From Sulfuritalea sp. (GTDB lineage: Bacteria; Pseudomonadota; Gammaproteobacteria; Burkholderiales; Rhodocyclaceae): DNA of 64,000 nucleotides. Shown one piece after another: positions 18,360 through 27,464 of the stretch. Under the pieces are notes generated by a model. That model searched no databases. It worked only from the letters and a program-made list of their open reading frames with translations, and was not told the origin of the DNA. The translations under genes and the position numbers were made by a program. The DNA lies in assembly GCA_022842325.1 (NCBI GenBank), contig JALHPU010000001.1, positions 144,934 to 208,933 on the forward strand, given 5' to 3'. The stretch's first letter is position 1, and each line of letters starts with the position of its first letter.

Positions 18360-19958
18360 ATGGCCGACGAAACCACACCCGTCGCCGTCGCACCAGCGCC
18401 GACTCCTGCACCGCCCGCCAAGCCAACCGAGAAGGCCAAGGTCGTCGCGCCGGCCTTCCGCGAGTATCCGACCATCCCGGCGCTGCAGATCGACTCGATG
18501 GTCGAGTCCAATCCCTATGTTTCCGCTGCCGTGCATAACGAGTCGGTCGGCTTCCCCGGCACCCTGGTCGATGGCTGGGAGCAGAAGGCCGTCGCCAAGA
18601 TGGGCGAACTGCTGGGCAAGTACCGCTCGCTCAAGGTGTACATGGACAGCTGCGTACATTGCGGCGCCTGCACCGACAAGTGCCACTATTTCATCGGCAC
18701 CGGCGATCCGAAGAACATGCCGGTGGCGCGCCAGGACTTGATGCGCTCGGTATATCGCCGTTACTACACCCTCCCGGGCAAGCTGTTCCCCAAGCTGGTC
18801 GGCGCGCGCGACATGACCAAGGACGTGCTCGACGACTGGTTCCGCTACTACAACCAGTGTTCCGAGTGCCGCCGCTGCTCGGTGTTCTGCCCCTACGGCA
18901 TCGACACCGCCGAAGTCACCATGGCGGCCAAGGAAATCATGCACAGCGTCGGTCTCGGCCACAAGTATGTGAACGAGATCATCGGCAAGGTGCACAAGAT
19001 CGGCAACAACCTCGGCCTGCCCGGCCCGGCGCTGGAAAACACGCTGGAAGGCCTGGAAGAGGACGTGCTGGAAGATACCGGCGCCGCGGTCAAGTACCCG
19101 CTCGACGTCAAGGGCGCCGAGGTATTGCTGGTTACCCCCTCGGCTGATTTCTTCGCCGAGCCGCACGTCGACAGCCTGATCGGCTACGGCAAGGTCTTCC
19201 ACGCCGCCGGCATTTCCTGGACGCTATCGTCGAAGGCCTCCGAGGCCGGCAACTTCGGCATGTTCATCGGCAACTACGAGCAGATGCAGAAGATCGCCAT
19301 GCGCGTGCGCGAAGCCGCACTGGAACTCGGCGTCAAGCGCATCGTAGTCGGCGAATGCGGCCACGCCTGGCGCGTCGCCTATGCCTTCTGGAACACCCTG
19401 ACCGGCATCGGTGCCGGCGCCGACGATCCCTTCGCGATCCAGCTGCAAAAGCAGCTCGACCCGAACTACAAGCAGCCCTCGCACATCTGCGAAGTGACCT
19501 GGGACCTGATCCAGGCCGGACGCCTGAAATTCAACAAGGAAGCCAACGATCACCGCATCGTCACCTTCCACGATTCCTGCAACGTCGCGCGCGGCTCGCG
19601 CATGGGCGATTACGCCGGCGGCCAGTTCGACATTCCGCGCAACATCATCCGCGCCGTCGCCAACCACTACGTCGACATGTCGGAAGCCACCACGCGCGAA
19701 AAGACTTTCTGCTGCGGCGGCGGCGGCGGCCTGCTGACCGACGAACTGCTCGACCTGCGGGTCAAGGGTGCCCTGCCGCGCATGGAAGCGCTCAACGAAA
19801 TCGTCCAGCACAACGGCGTCAATTTCATGGCCACCATCTGCGCCATCTGCAAGGCCCAATTCACCAAGGTGCTGCCCTACTACGGCTTCAAGATGAGCAT
19901 GGTCGGCGGCGTGCACCAACTGGTCAGTACCGCGATCGTGCTCAACAGCGAGCAATGA
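18360..19958 (+). CDS. dsrK: DsrK, HdrD-like CCG-domain iron-sulfur subunit
   Basis: CVHCGACTDKCH ferredoxin motif and two CCG domains (CCGGGGG). Confidence 0.9.
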   Translation: MADETTPVAVAPAPTPAPPAKPTEKAKVVAPAFREYPTIPALQIDSMVESNPYVSAAVHNESVGFPGTLVDGWEQKAVAKMGELLGKYRSLKVYMDSCVHCGACTDKCHYFIGTGDPKNMPVARQDLMRSVYRRYYTLPGKLFPKLVGARDMTKDVLDDWFRYYNQCSECRRCSVFCPYGIDTAEVTMAAKEIMHSVGLGHKYVNEIIGKVHKIGNNLGLPGPALENTLEGLEEDVLEDTGAAVKYPLDVKGAEVLLVTPSADFFAEPHVDSLIGYGKVFHAAGISWTLSSKASEAGNFGMFIGNYEQMQKIAMRVREAALELGVKRIVVGECGHAWRVAYAFWNTLTGIGAGADDPFAIQLQKQLDPNYKQPSHICEVTWDLIQAGRLKFNKEANDHRIVTFHDSCNVARGSRMGDYAGGQFDIPRNIIRAVANHYVDMSEATTREKTFCCGGGGGLLTDELLDLRVKGALPRMEALNEIVQHNGVNFMATICAICKAQFTKVLPYYGFKMSMVGGVHQLVSTAIVLNSEQ

Positions 19959-19985
19959 CGAACAAGACTTATATGGAGACCCCTC

Positions 19986-21956
19986 ATGTCCGCCACGCCT
20001 GAAATCACCACTGAAAAACTGACCTTCCGCCGCTACAAGGAAGGCGAGACCAAGGTCAAACGCTGGCAGGAACAGATCTTCCAGGCCAGCTACACCTACA
20101 AGTGCCCGACCTACGTCCAGTCGACACCTCCCTGCCAGGGTTCCTGCCCGTCCGGCGAGGACATCCGCGGCTACCTCAACATCGTGCGCGGCATCGAAAA
20201 GCCCCCGGTCGGCGCTGATGGCAAGCCGACCATGAGCTGGCAGGAATACGCCTGGCGTCGCCTGACCGAAGCCAATCCGCTGCCTTCGGTGATGGGCCGC
20301 GTCTGCCCCGCGCCCTGCGAAACCGGTTGCAACCGCAATGAAGTCGAAGACCACGTCGGCATCAACTCGGTCGAGCATTACCTCGGCGACTGGGCGATTG
20401 CGAACAAGCTGCAATTCAAGGCGCCGGAACACAAGACCGGCAAGAAGGTCGCGATCATCGGCGGCGGACCGGCCGGGCTCTCGGCGGCCTACCACCTGAC
20501 GCTCAAGGGCCACAGCTGCACCATTTTCGACGAGCACGAATTCCTCGGCGGCATGATGCGCTACGGCATCCCGGGTTACCGCACGCCGCGCGAAACGCTC
20601 GACGCCGAAATCCAGCGCATCCTCGACCTCGGCGTCGAAGTGCATCTGAAGACGCGCATCGGCACCGATGTCACCCTCGAACAGTTGCGCGAAAGTTATG
20701 ACGCGATCTTCCTCGGCCTCGGCGCCCAGGCCGGCCGCGCCCTGCCGCTGCCCGGCGACCCGGCTGACCATGCCGCGCCTAACGTGGTGACCGCCACGTC
20801 CTTCCTCAAGGCCTTCAACGATGGCCGCCTGAAGACCGTTGGCCACCGTGTGGTGGTGGTCGGCGGCGGCGACACCTCGATGGACGTCGCCACCGTGGCG
20901 CGTCGCCTCGGCCACATCGAGAAGGTCAATCCGACCGATTTCGAAGGCGCCATCGCCGGCCACCTGGCCCAGGATGTAGCCGACATTTCACTGCGCCAGG
21001 GTGCCGAAGTCACCCTGACCTCCGTCTATATGACCGCCAGCAAGCCCGAAATCGAGCATGCCGAAGCGGAAGGCATCACCATCATGGGCGGCTGGATGCC
21101 GATCGGTGTGGTCAAGGGCCCCGACGGCCGCGCCACCGCGCTGCGCGTCATGCAATGCGAAGCCAAGATGATCTCCGGTCGCCTCGACATCAAGAAGATC
21201 GAAGGCACGGAAAAGGAACTGCCGGCCGACCTGATCGTTTCCGCCATCGGCCAGGCCGTGGATTTCACCGGCATCGAGGAATTCAACGCCGGCAAGGGCA
21301 TGATCGCGGCCGACAAGAACTACCAGGTGAGCGGCAAGCCGGGCGTGTTCGCCGGCGGCGACGTGATCCGCCCGCACCTGCTGACCACCGCCGTGGGCCA
21401 TGGCGCGATCGCCGCCGACGGCATCGACCAGTTCCTCGCCGGCCAGGAAATGCAGCGCCGGCCGAAGATCGACGTGCATTCCTTCGACCTGATGCGCAAG
21501 TACGTCGAAAAGGGCGTCCAGCTGGGCGAAGTCAAGGGCGCGACCCACGGCACCGACAGCAACAAGGGCGTGGTGCACAACTACGAGAACCGCTCCGAGC
21601 GCTACGTGATCCCGCACGACCAGCTGTTCCTCGGCCACTTCCAATACACCGACCGCAACAAGCGCCACGTCACGCACCTGAACAAGGATTCGGCGCTGGG
21701 CAACTTCGACGAGCGCATCGACGCCCTCTCCGAAGCCGAGGTAATCGCCGAAGCCAAGCGCTGCATGAGTTGCGGCCAGTGTTTCGAGTGCGACAACTGC
21801 GTCGTGTATTGCCCGCAGACCGCCGTGTACAAGGTCAAGAAAACCGAGACCATGACCGGCCGCTACGTCGCCACCGACTACGACAAGTGCATCGGCTGCC
21901 ACATTTGTGCCGACGTCTGTCCGACCGGCTACATCCAGATGGGTTTGGGCGAGTAA
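19986..21956 (+). CDS. dsrL: DsrL, NAD(P)H:acceptor oxidoreductase (GltD-like with C-terminal ferredoxin domain)
   Basis: N-terminal Cys cluster, two GGGxxG dinucleotide folds, C-terminal CMSCGQCFECDNCVVYCP / CIGCHICADVCP. Confidence 0.9.
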   Translation: MSATPEITTEKLTFRRYKEGETKVKRWQEQIFQASYTYKCPTYVQSTPPCQGSCPSGEDIRGYLNIVRGIEKPPVGADGKPTMSWQEYAWRRLTEANPLPSVMGRVCPAPCETGCNRNEVEDHVGINSVEHYLGDWAIANKLQFKAPEHKTGKKVAIIGGGPAGLSAAYHLTLKGHSCTIFDEHEFLGGMMRYGIPGYRTPRETLDAEIQRILDLGVEVHLKTRIGTDVTLEQLRESYDAIFLGLGAQAGRALPLPGDPADHAAPNVVTATSFLKAFNDGRLKTVGHRVVVVGGGDTSMDVATVARRLGHIEKVNPTDFEGAIAGHLAQDVADISLRQGAEVTLTSVYMTASKPEIEHAEAEGITIMGGWMPIGVVKGPDGRATALRVMQCEAKMISGRLDIKKIEGTEKELPADLIVSAIGQAVDFTGIEEFNAGKGMIAADKNYQVSGKPGVFAGGDVIRPHLLTTAVGHGAIAADGIDQFLAGQEMQRRPKIDVHSFDLMRKYVEKGVQLGEVKGATHGTDSNKGVVHNYENRSERYVIPHDQLFLGHFQYTDRNKRHVTHLNKDSALGNFDERIDALSEAEVIAEAKRCMSCGQCFECDNCVVYCPQTAVYKVKKTETMTGRYVATDYDKCIGCHICADVCPTGYIQMGLGE

Positions 21957-21963
21957 ACACCCC

Positions 21964-22356
21964 ATGAAGCTGCTGCGCCTCCTCGTCACCGCCTTCACGG
22001 CTTTCATCGCCGTGTCACCAGCGCCGACTCTTGCCGGCGAAGGCGGGCGCACCGCGAAGCCGGTCATCGAGATCGCCAACCCCGGCAAGTGCGTGGCGCC
22101 GGCCGAGGAGATGCGCCGCAACCACATGGAAATGCTCAAGCACCAGCGCGACCGCACCATGCGCGCCGGCATCCGCGGCGAACCGGCCTCGCTCAATGCC
22201 TGCATCGAATGCCATGCCAGCAAGACCACCGGCTCGGTGCTGGGCGGCAAGGAAAACTTCTGCGAAAGCTGCCACAGCTACGTCGCGGTCAAGCTCGACT
22301 GCTGGGATTGCCACCAGCCCAAGGCCAAATTCAAGGCCGCAGGATTGAAGCCATGA
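21964..22356 (+). CDS. dsrJ: DsrJ, periplasmic trihaem cytochrome c
   Basis: Signal peptide; three CxxCH motifs (CIECH, CESCH, CWDCH); start at MKLLRLL inside ORF 21907..22356. Confidence 0.87.
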   Translation: MKLLRLLVTAFTAFIAVSPAPTLAGEGGRTAKPVIEIANPGKCVAPAEEMRRNHMEMLKHQRDRTMRAGIRGEPASLNACIECHASKTTGSVLGGKENFCESCHSYVAVKLDCWDCHQPKAKFKAAGLKP

Positions 22357-23114
22357 GTACCCCCGATACCAACCCGCGCCGCAAATTCATCGCCGCCGCC
22401 GGCGCCGGCGTTGCCGGCCTCGGCTTCACCGTGATTGCGCCGGGCCTGCACCTGATGGCTGTCGGCCAGGCTAACGCGGCGACCGAAGCGCGCAAGGCCG
22501 GCACGGCCGCCTCGCCCGCCGTGCGCTGGGGCCTGCTGATTGACGCCAACAAGTGCACCCCCGGCTGCACCAAGTGCATCGACGCCTGCCACACCGAAAA
22601 CGGCGTCAGCGAAAAGCTGCCCGACGCGCGGCAGAACGCACAGTGGATCCGCAAGATCGAGCTGGTCGATCGCCGCGACGGTCGCAAGACCGAATTGCCG
22701 ATGATGTGCCAGCACTGCGCCGAACCGCCCTGTGTCGATGTCTGCCCCACCGGCGCCTCGATGAAGCGTGCCGACGGCATCGTACTGGTCGATCGCCACA
22801 CCTGCATCGGTTGCCGCTACTGCATGATGGCCTGCCCGTACAAGGCGCGCTCCTTCGTCCATGCGCCGCTGACCGAGCAGAACCCCGAAGTGCCGCGCGG
22901 CCAGGGCTGCGTCGAGAGCTGTACCCTCTGCGTGCATCGCGTGGACAAGGGCCAGACCCCGGCCTGCGTCGAATCCTGCCCGACGGGCGCAATGACCTTC
23001 GGCGACCTCAACGACCCCGCCAGCGACATCGCCAAACGCATCGCCAGCGTGCCCACCACCCAGGTTCGTGCCGACCTGCGCCTCAACCAAGCCGTGCGCT
23101 ACCAGGGAATCTGA
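22353..23114 (+). CDS. dsrO: DsrO, Tat-exported [4Fe-4S] ferredoxin subunit
   Basis: RRKFIAAAGAG twin-arginine signal; multiple CxxCxxCxxxCP clusters; ATG 22353 overlaps the dsrJ stop. Confidence 0.87.
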   Translation: MSTPDTNPRRKFIAAAGAGVAGLGFTVIAPGLHLMAVGQANAATEARKAGTAASPAVRWGLLIDANKCTPGCTKCIDACHTENGVSEKLPDARQNAQWIRKIELVDRRDGRKTELPMMCQHCAEPPCVDVCPTGASMKRADGIVLVDRHTCIGCRYCMMACPYKARSFVHAPLTEQNPEVPRGQGCVESCTLCVHRVDKGQTPACVESCPTGAMTFGDLNDPASDIAKRIASVPTTQVRADLRLNQAVRYQGI

Positions 23115-23116
23115 TC

Positions 23117-24316
23117 ATGGCCGTCCTCAATCCTCGCCACGAAGAAGGCTTCTTCTACCTGCTGGCCGGCATCGGCGGCCTGGTTTCGGCCATCGGCTTC
23201 GCCGCCGCGCTCTACATGGAACATTCGGGCCATGTCGTGACCGGCATGAACAACCAGATCGTCTGGGGCCTGCCGCACGTCATCGCCATCTTTTTGATCG
23301 TCGCCGCCTCGGGCGTGCTCAACGTCGCCTCGATGGGCTCGGTGTTCGGCCGCGTGCTCTACAAGTCGCGCGCGCCGCTGTCCGGCCTGCTGGCGATCGC
23401 CATGCTCAGCGGCGGCCTGTTCGTCATCATGCTCGACCTCGGCCGCGCCGACCGCCTGATCGTCGCCGCGACGCACTTCAACCCGACCTCGGTATTCGGC
23501 TGGAACGTGATCCTCTATCCGGTGTTCTACGCCCTGGTCGGCGTCTATCTATGGACCATGATGGAACGCCGCATGAACCCCTGGTCCAAGGTGGCGGGCC
23601 TGGCGACCTTCATCTGGCGCGTGGTGCTCACCAGCGGCACCGGCTCCATCTTTGCCTTCCTGGTCGCGCGCCAGGCCTACGGCAGCGCCCTGCTGGCACC
23701 GATGTTCATCATCATGTCCTTCTCCTGGGGCCTGGCCGTATTCCTCGTGGTGCAGACCACCATGTACGCCTGGAACAACATGCAGCTGCCGCCGCTGATC
23801 CTCAAGCGCATGAAGAACCTGCTGGCGACCTTCGTCGCCGCCGTACTGTATTTCACCTTCATGCTGCACCTGGTCAACGCCTATTTCGCCAAGAACATCG
23901 CCTTCGAATATTTCATCCTGTTCGACAGCGAGTTCGCCAGCCAGTTCTGGATCGGCCAGGTGCTGCTCGGCAGCCTGCTGCCGCTGGTCCTGCTGTTCAG
24001 CCCGGGCACCCGCGACAAGGTGCTCTGGGTCAATGTCGCGGCCCTGCTGGTGATCCTCGGCGCCTATTTCCAGCTCTATGTCTTCATCATCGGCGGCCAG
24101 GCGTTCCCGCTCGACATCTTCCCCGGCTACGACGTCAAGAGCAGCTTCATGGATGGCGCCGTCGATCATTACAGTGCGAGCCTGCCGGAATTCCTGCTCG
24201 CCGTCGGCGGCTTGGGCGTCGCCTTCACCATGACCACGATCGGCGTGCGCATCCTGCACTTCCTGCCGCAGGACGATCTCGCCGAGCTGGACGCCGCCGG
24301 CCGCGTCACGGATTGA
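23117..24316 (+). CDS. dsrP: DsrP, NrfD/PsrC-like integral membrane subunit
   Basis: About 10 TM helices; start at MAVLNPRHEEG (ATG 23117). Confidence 0.85.
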   Translation: MAVLNPRHEEGFFYLLAGIGGLVSAIGFAAALYMEHSGHVVTGMNNQIVWGLPHVIAIFLIVAASGVLNVASMGSVFGRVLYKSRAPLSGLLAIAMLSGGLFVIMLDLGRADRLIVAATHFNPTSVFGWNVILYPVFYALVGVYLWTMMERRMNPWSKVAGLATFIWRVVLTSGTGSIFAFLVARQAYGSALLAPMFIIMSFSWGLAVFLVVQTTMYAWNNMQLPPLILKRMKNLLATFVAAVLYFTFMLHLVNAYFAKNIAFEYFILFDSEFASQFWIGQVLLGSLLPLVLLFSPGTRDKVLWVNVAALLVILGAYFQLYVFIIGGQAFPLDIFPGYDVKSSFMDGAVDHYSASLPEFLLAVGGLGVAFTMTTIGVRILHFLPQDDLAELDAAGRVTD

Positions 24317-24338
24317 CCTGTCGCCCGGCGCGCGCGCC

Positions 24339-25760
24339 ATGCATCGCTTCCTGATCTCGGCCGCACACAAGTCCTCGGGCAAGACCACCGTCAGCATCGG
24401 TCTGGCCGCGGCGCTGAGTTCCGGCGCGCACGGACTGCCGGCGCGGTCCGTGCAGCCGTTCAAGAAGGGCCCCGACTACATCGATCCGCTGTGGCTGTCG
24501 GTTGCCGCCGGACGCCCCTGCTACAACCTGGATTTCTTCCTCTCGCCGGATGCCGAACTGCGCGACCAGTTCGCACGCCAGGGTCACGACGCCGACGTCT
24601 GCCTGGTCGAGGGCAACAAGGGCCTCTACGACGGGCTCGACCTCGAAGGCTCCAACAGCAATGCCGCGCTGGCGCACCTGCTCGACCTGCCGGTGGTGCT
24701 GGTGCTCGACGCGCGCGGCATGACGCGCGGCATCGCGCCGCTGATCCTCGGCTACCAGGCCTTCGATCGCAACATCCGCATCGCCGGCGTGATCCTCAAC
24801 CGCCTCGGCGGCCGCCGCCACGAAGCCAAGCTGCGCGCCGTGATCGAGCACTACACCGACGTGCCGGTGATCGGCGCGGTGCAGGAAGACGCCGACCTGG
24901 CCCTGGTCGAGCGCCACCTGGGCCTGATGCCGGTCAATGAAACCGCCGAGGCCGCGCGCCACATCGCCACCATCGGCCAGCGCATCGCCGACCAGGTCGA
25001 TCTCGAGCGCCTGCTGGCGATCAGCCATACCGACCATCAACTGTCGGCGCCGGCGACACGCCGACCCAGCCAGGAAACCCCGGTGCGCATCGCCATCGCG
25101 CGCGATGCCGCCTTCGGCTTCTACTATGCCGACGACCTCGACGCACTGGCCGCCGCCGGCGCGCAAGCCGTGTTCTTCGACACCCTGAAGGACCCGAAGC
25201 TGCCGCCCTGCGACGGCCTGCTGATCGGCGGCGGCTTTCCCGAATGTTTCGTCGACGGTCTGGAAGCCAATGCCGCTTTGCGTGCCGATATTCGCCAGGC
25301 CATCGAAGGCGGCCTGCCGACTTATGCCGAATGCGGTGGCCTGATGTACCTTTCGCGCAGCATCGAATGGCATGGGCGGCGCGCGGACATGGTCGGCGTG
25401 ATTCCCGGCGACGTCACCATGCACCCCAAGCCCGTCGGCCGCGGCTACGTGATCCTCGAAGCGCAGCCCAGCCATCCCTGGCGCTCGACCGACCAGGCGC
25501 TCGGCGGCGCCCCGCTGCACGCCCACGAATTCCACTACTCGAGCCTGTCCGCCCTGCCGGCCGACACCCGTTATGCCTATGCGGTGCGCCGCGGCCACGG
25601 CATCGACGGCAGGCACGACGGCGTCCTGCTGCATCGCATGCTCGCCTCCTACACCCACTTGCGCGCCACCAGCGGCTGTGACTGGCCGGCCAAGTTCGTC
25701 CAGTACGTGCGCAATTGCCAGAACATCAACATCAAGGAAGCCATCCCATGTTCACACTGA
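24339..25760 (+). CDS. dsrN: DsrN, CobB/CbiA-like glutamine amidotransferase (siroheme amidase)
   Basis: Cobyrinic acid a,c-diamide synthase fold (SGKTTVS, GATase domain with ECGG). Confidence 0.85.
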   Translation: MHRFLISAAHKSSGKTTVSIGLAAALSSGAHGLPARSVQPFKKGPDYIDPLWLSVAAGRPCYNLDFFLSPDAELRDQFARQGHDADVCLVEGNKGLYDGLDLEGSNSNAALAHLLDLPVVLVLDARGMTRGIAPLILGYQAFDRNIRIAGVILNRLGGRRHEAKLRAVIEHYTDVPVIGAVQEDADLALVERHLGLMPVNETAEAARHIATIGQRIADQVDLERLLAISHTDHQLSAPATRRPSQETPVRIAIARDAAFGFYYADDLDALAAAGAQAVFFDTLKDPKLPPCDGLLIGGGFPECFVDGLEANAALRADIRQAIEGGLPTYAECGGLMYLSRSIEWHGRRADMVGVIPGDVTMHPKPVGRGYVILEAQPSHPWRSTDQALGGAPLHAHEFHYSSLSALPADTRYAYAVRRGHGIDGRHDGVLLHRMLASYTHLRATSGCDWPAKFVQYVRNCQNINIKEAIPCSH

Positions 25761-26086
25761 CCCCGACCGCGGCCGAGCAGATCGCGCGCGCCGCCGCCGA
25801 ACAACCCGACGGCAAACCCCTGTTGCGCATTGCCGCCAAGTACGACGAAGACGACGGCGAGCTGGTCTATGGCATGGGCTTCGACGACGAACGCGAAGAC
25901 GACCTGGCCATCGAGACCGGCGGCATCAAGATCCTGATCTCGCCGCCCAGCCAGCCCCTGCTGGAGAACACCACGCTGGACTTTACCGAGGTGCAGCCCG
26001 GCGAATTCCAGTTCATTTTCCGCGGCGGCTGCAGCAGCCCGGCCCCCAAGAGCGGCTGCGGAAGTTGCGGCGGCGGTTGTTCCTGA
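25748..26086 (+). CDS. dsrR: DsrR, IscA/HesB-like protein with an unusual Cys/Gly-rich C-terminal tail
   Basis: A-type carrier fold ([22 protein letters not shown]...); tail [20 protein letters not shown]. Confidence 0.7.
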   Translation: MFTLTPTAAEQIARAAAEQPDGKPLLRIAAKYDEDDGELVYGMGFDDEREDDLAIETGGIKILISPPSQPLLENTTLDFTEVQPGEFQFIFRGGCSSPAPKSGCGSCGGGCS

Positions 26087-26126
26087 TCAAGTAGCGAGCC
26101 CAAAAGCTGCGCTAGCATTCCCGTCC

Positions 26127-26894
26127 ATGAAACCAATTCCTGCTCAACCCGGCTGGGTCTACCTGGTCGGCGCCGGTCCCGGCGACCCCGAATTGTTGAC
26201 CATGAAAGCCGCGCGCCTGATCGGCGAGGCCGATGTCCTGGTCTATGACAATCTCGTCTCCAAGGCCGTGCTCGGCCTGGCCCGCCCCGACGCCGAGTGC
26301 ATCTACGCCGGCAAGGAACGTGGCAACCACTCGATACCGCAGGAACAGATCAATCAGCTGCTGGTGCGTCTGGCCAAGACCGGCAAGCGCGTGGTGCGGC
26401 TCAAGGGCGGCGACCCCTACATCTTCGGTCGCGGCGGCGAGGAAGTCGAAACCCTCCACGCCGATGGCGTCAATTTCGAAGTCGTGCCCGGCATCACCGC
26501 GGCGGCCGGCGTCGGCTCCTATGCCGGCATTCCGCTGACCCATCGCAATCACGCCCAGGCCTGCGTCTTCGTCACCGGCCACCTCAAGGACGGCAGCATG
26601 AACCTCGACTGGCCCGGTCTTGCCCGGCGGCGCCAGACGGTGGTGATCTACATGGGCCTGTCGGGCCTGTCCTACCTGTGCGAAAAACTCATGGAGCACG
26701 GCCTGCCGCCCGACTGGCCGGCCGCCATCGTGCAGCACGGCACGCAACCCACCCAACGTACCGTCACCGGCACCCTGACCACCCTGCCTGAACTGGCCAA
26801 GGCCGCCAACCTGCGCGCACCGACCCTGATCATCGTCGGCGAAGTGGTCACCCTGCGCGACAAGCTGCGCTGGTTCGCCGAAGCCAGCGACTGA
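26127..26894 (+). CDS. cobA: Uroporphyrinogen-III C-methyltransferase (SUMT; CobA / CysG C-domain)
   Basis: [29 protein letters not shown] motifs. Confidence 0.85.
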   Translation: MKPIPAQPGWVYLVGAGPGDPELLTMKAARLIGEADVLVYDNLVSKAVLGLARPDAECIYAGKERGNHSIPQEQINQLLVRLAKTGKRVVRLKGGDPYIFGRGGEEVETLHADGVNFEVVPGITAAAGVGSYAGIPLTHRNHAQACVFVTGHLKDGSMNLDWPGLARRRQTVVIYMGLSGLSYLCEKLMEHGLPPDWPAAIVQHGTQPTQRTVTGTLTTLPELAKAANLRAPTLIIVGEVVTLRDKLRWFAEASD

Positions 26895-27130
26895 AGCACG
26901 GCACCGCCATCACGGCGGAATGCCGGGAGTCGGCGCCGACACTACGGCGCCGAACGCGCCCCACCGCAATGTTGTTTGCGCCAGCCTTTGGCACGCAAGG
27001 TGGGGGCGCACTTTCGGCCACAAGCGGTCCCTCGTCACGCGCTCGAAATTTGTCCCGCACTGCGCCAGGGAACGGCGGCTTTACGGCGATGAAACTGGAA
27101 CCCGGTCTGGCTTGACCCGGCCACAACCAG

Positions 27131-27235
27131 CCGGTCAAGGTAATCATCCAATTTCTACAAGCGAGGCCCCATCTGCCGCCGCTGAATGTCCGGATTACGG
27201 CGAGCAAATTGACGTCGACACTGCTTCGACTCGGC
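27131..27235. repeat. Copy 1 of an about 105-bp direct repeat (other copy 31070-31175)
   Basis: CCGGTCAAGGTAATCATC...TGAATGTCCGGATTACGGCGAGCAAATTGAC...GACTCGGC, roughly 80% identical to copy 2. Confidence 0.6.
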
Positions 27236-27464
27236 AGAAGCGGCCAACGCTGTTAAACACAATTGAAGCGATCAAATGCCCGGTCTACTGGCGGTACGAG
27301 GCGTCAATCTTCGTGTCGCAATGACACTTCCGTGCCAGGTAGATGGATAGTGCGGACCTGACCGAGAGCGGTAGCGCAGATAGGCTACCATTGGCTAAAA
27401 AGCATTCCCGTCGTTACCACCATGCAATACCGCCTACATTCCCAAAGCCCAAGAGCCTTCTGAC

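Noticed and set aside
17324-22250. 395-, 579- and 420-aa minus-strand ORFs
   Set aside because: Antisense shadows of dsrM, dsrK, dsrL and dsrJ; typical of high-GC third-position bias
24306-25658. 450-aa minus-strand ORF
   Set aside because: Antisense shadow of dsrN
26895-27464. tRNA or tmRNA gene as an island integration target
   Set aside because: No cloverleaf-compatible sequence or CCA-proximal acceptor stem was recognisable; the 105-bp repeat does not resemble a tRNA 3' end
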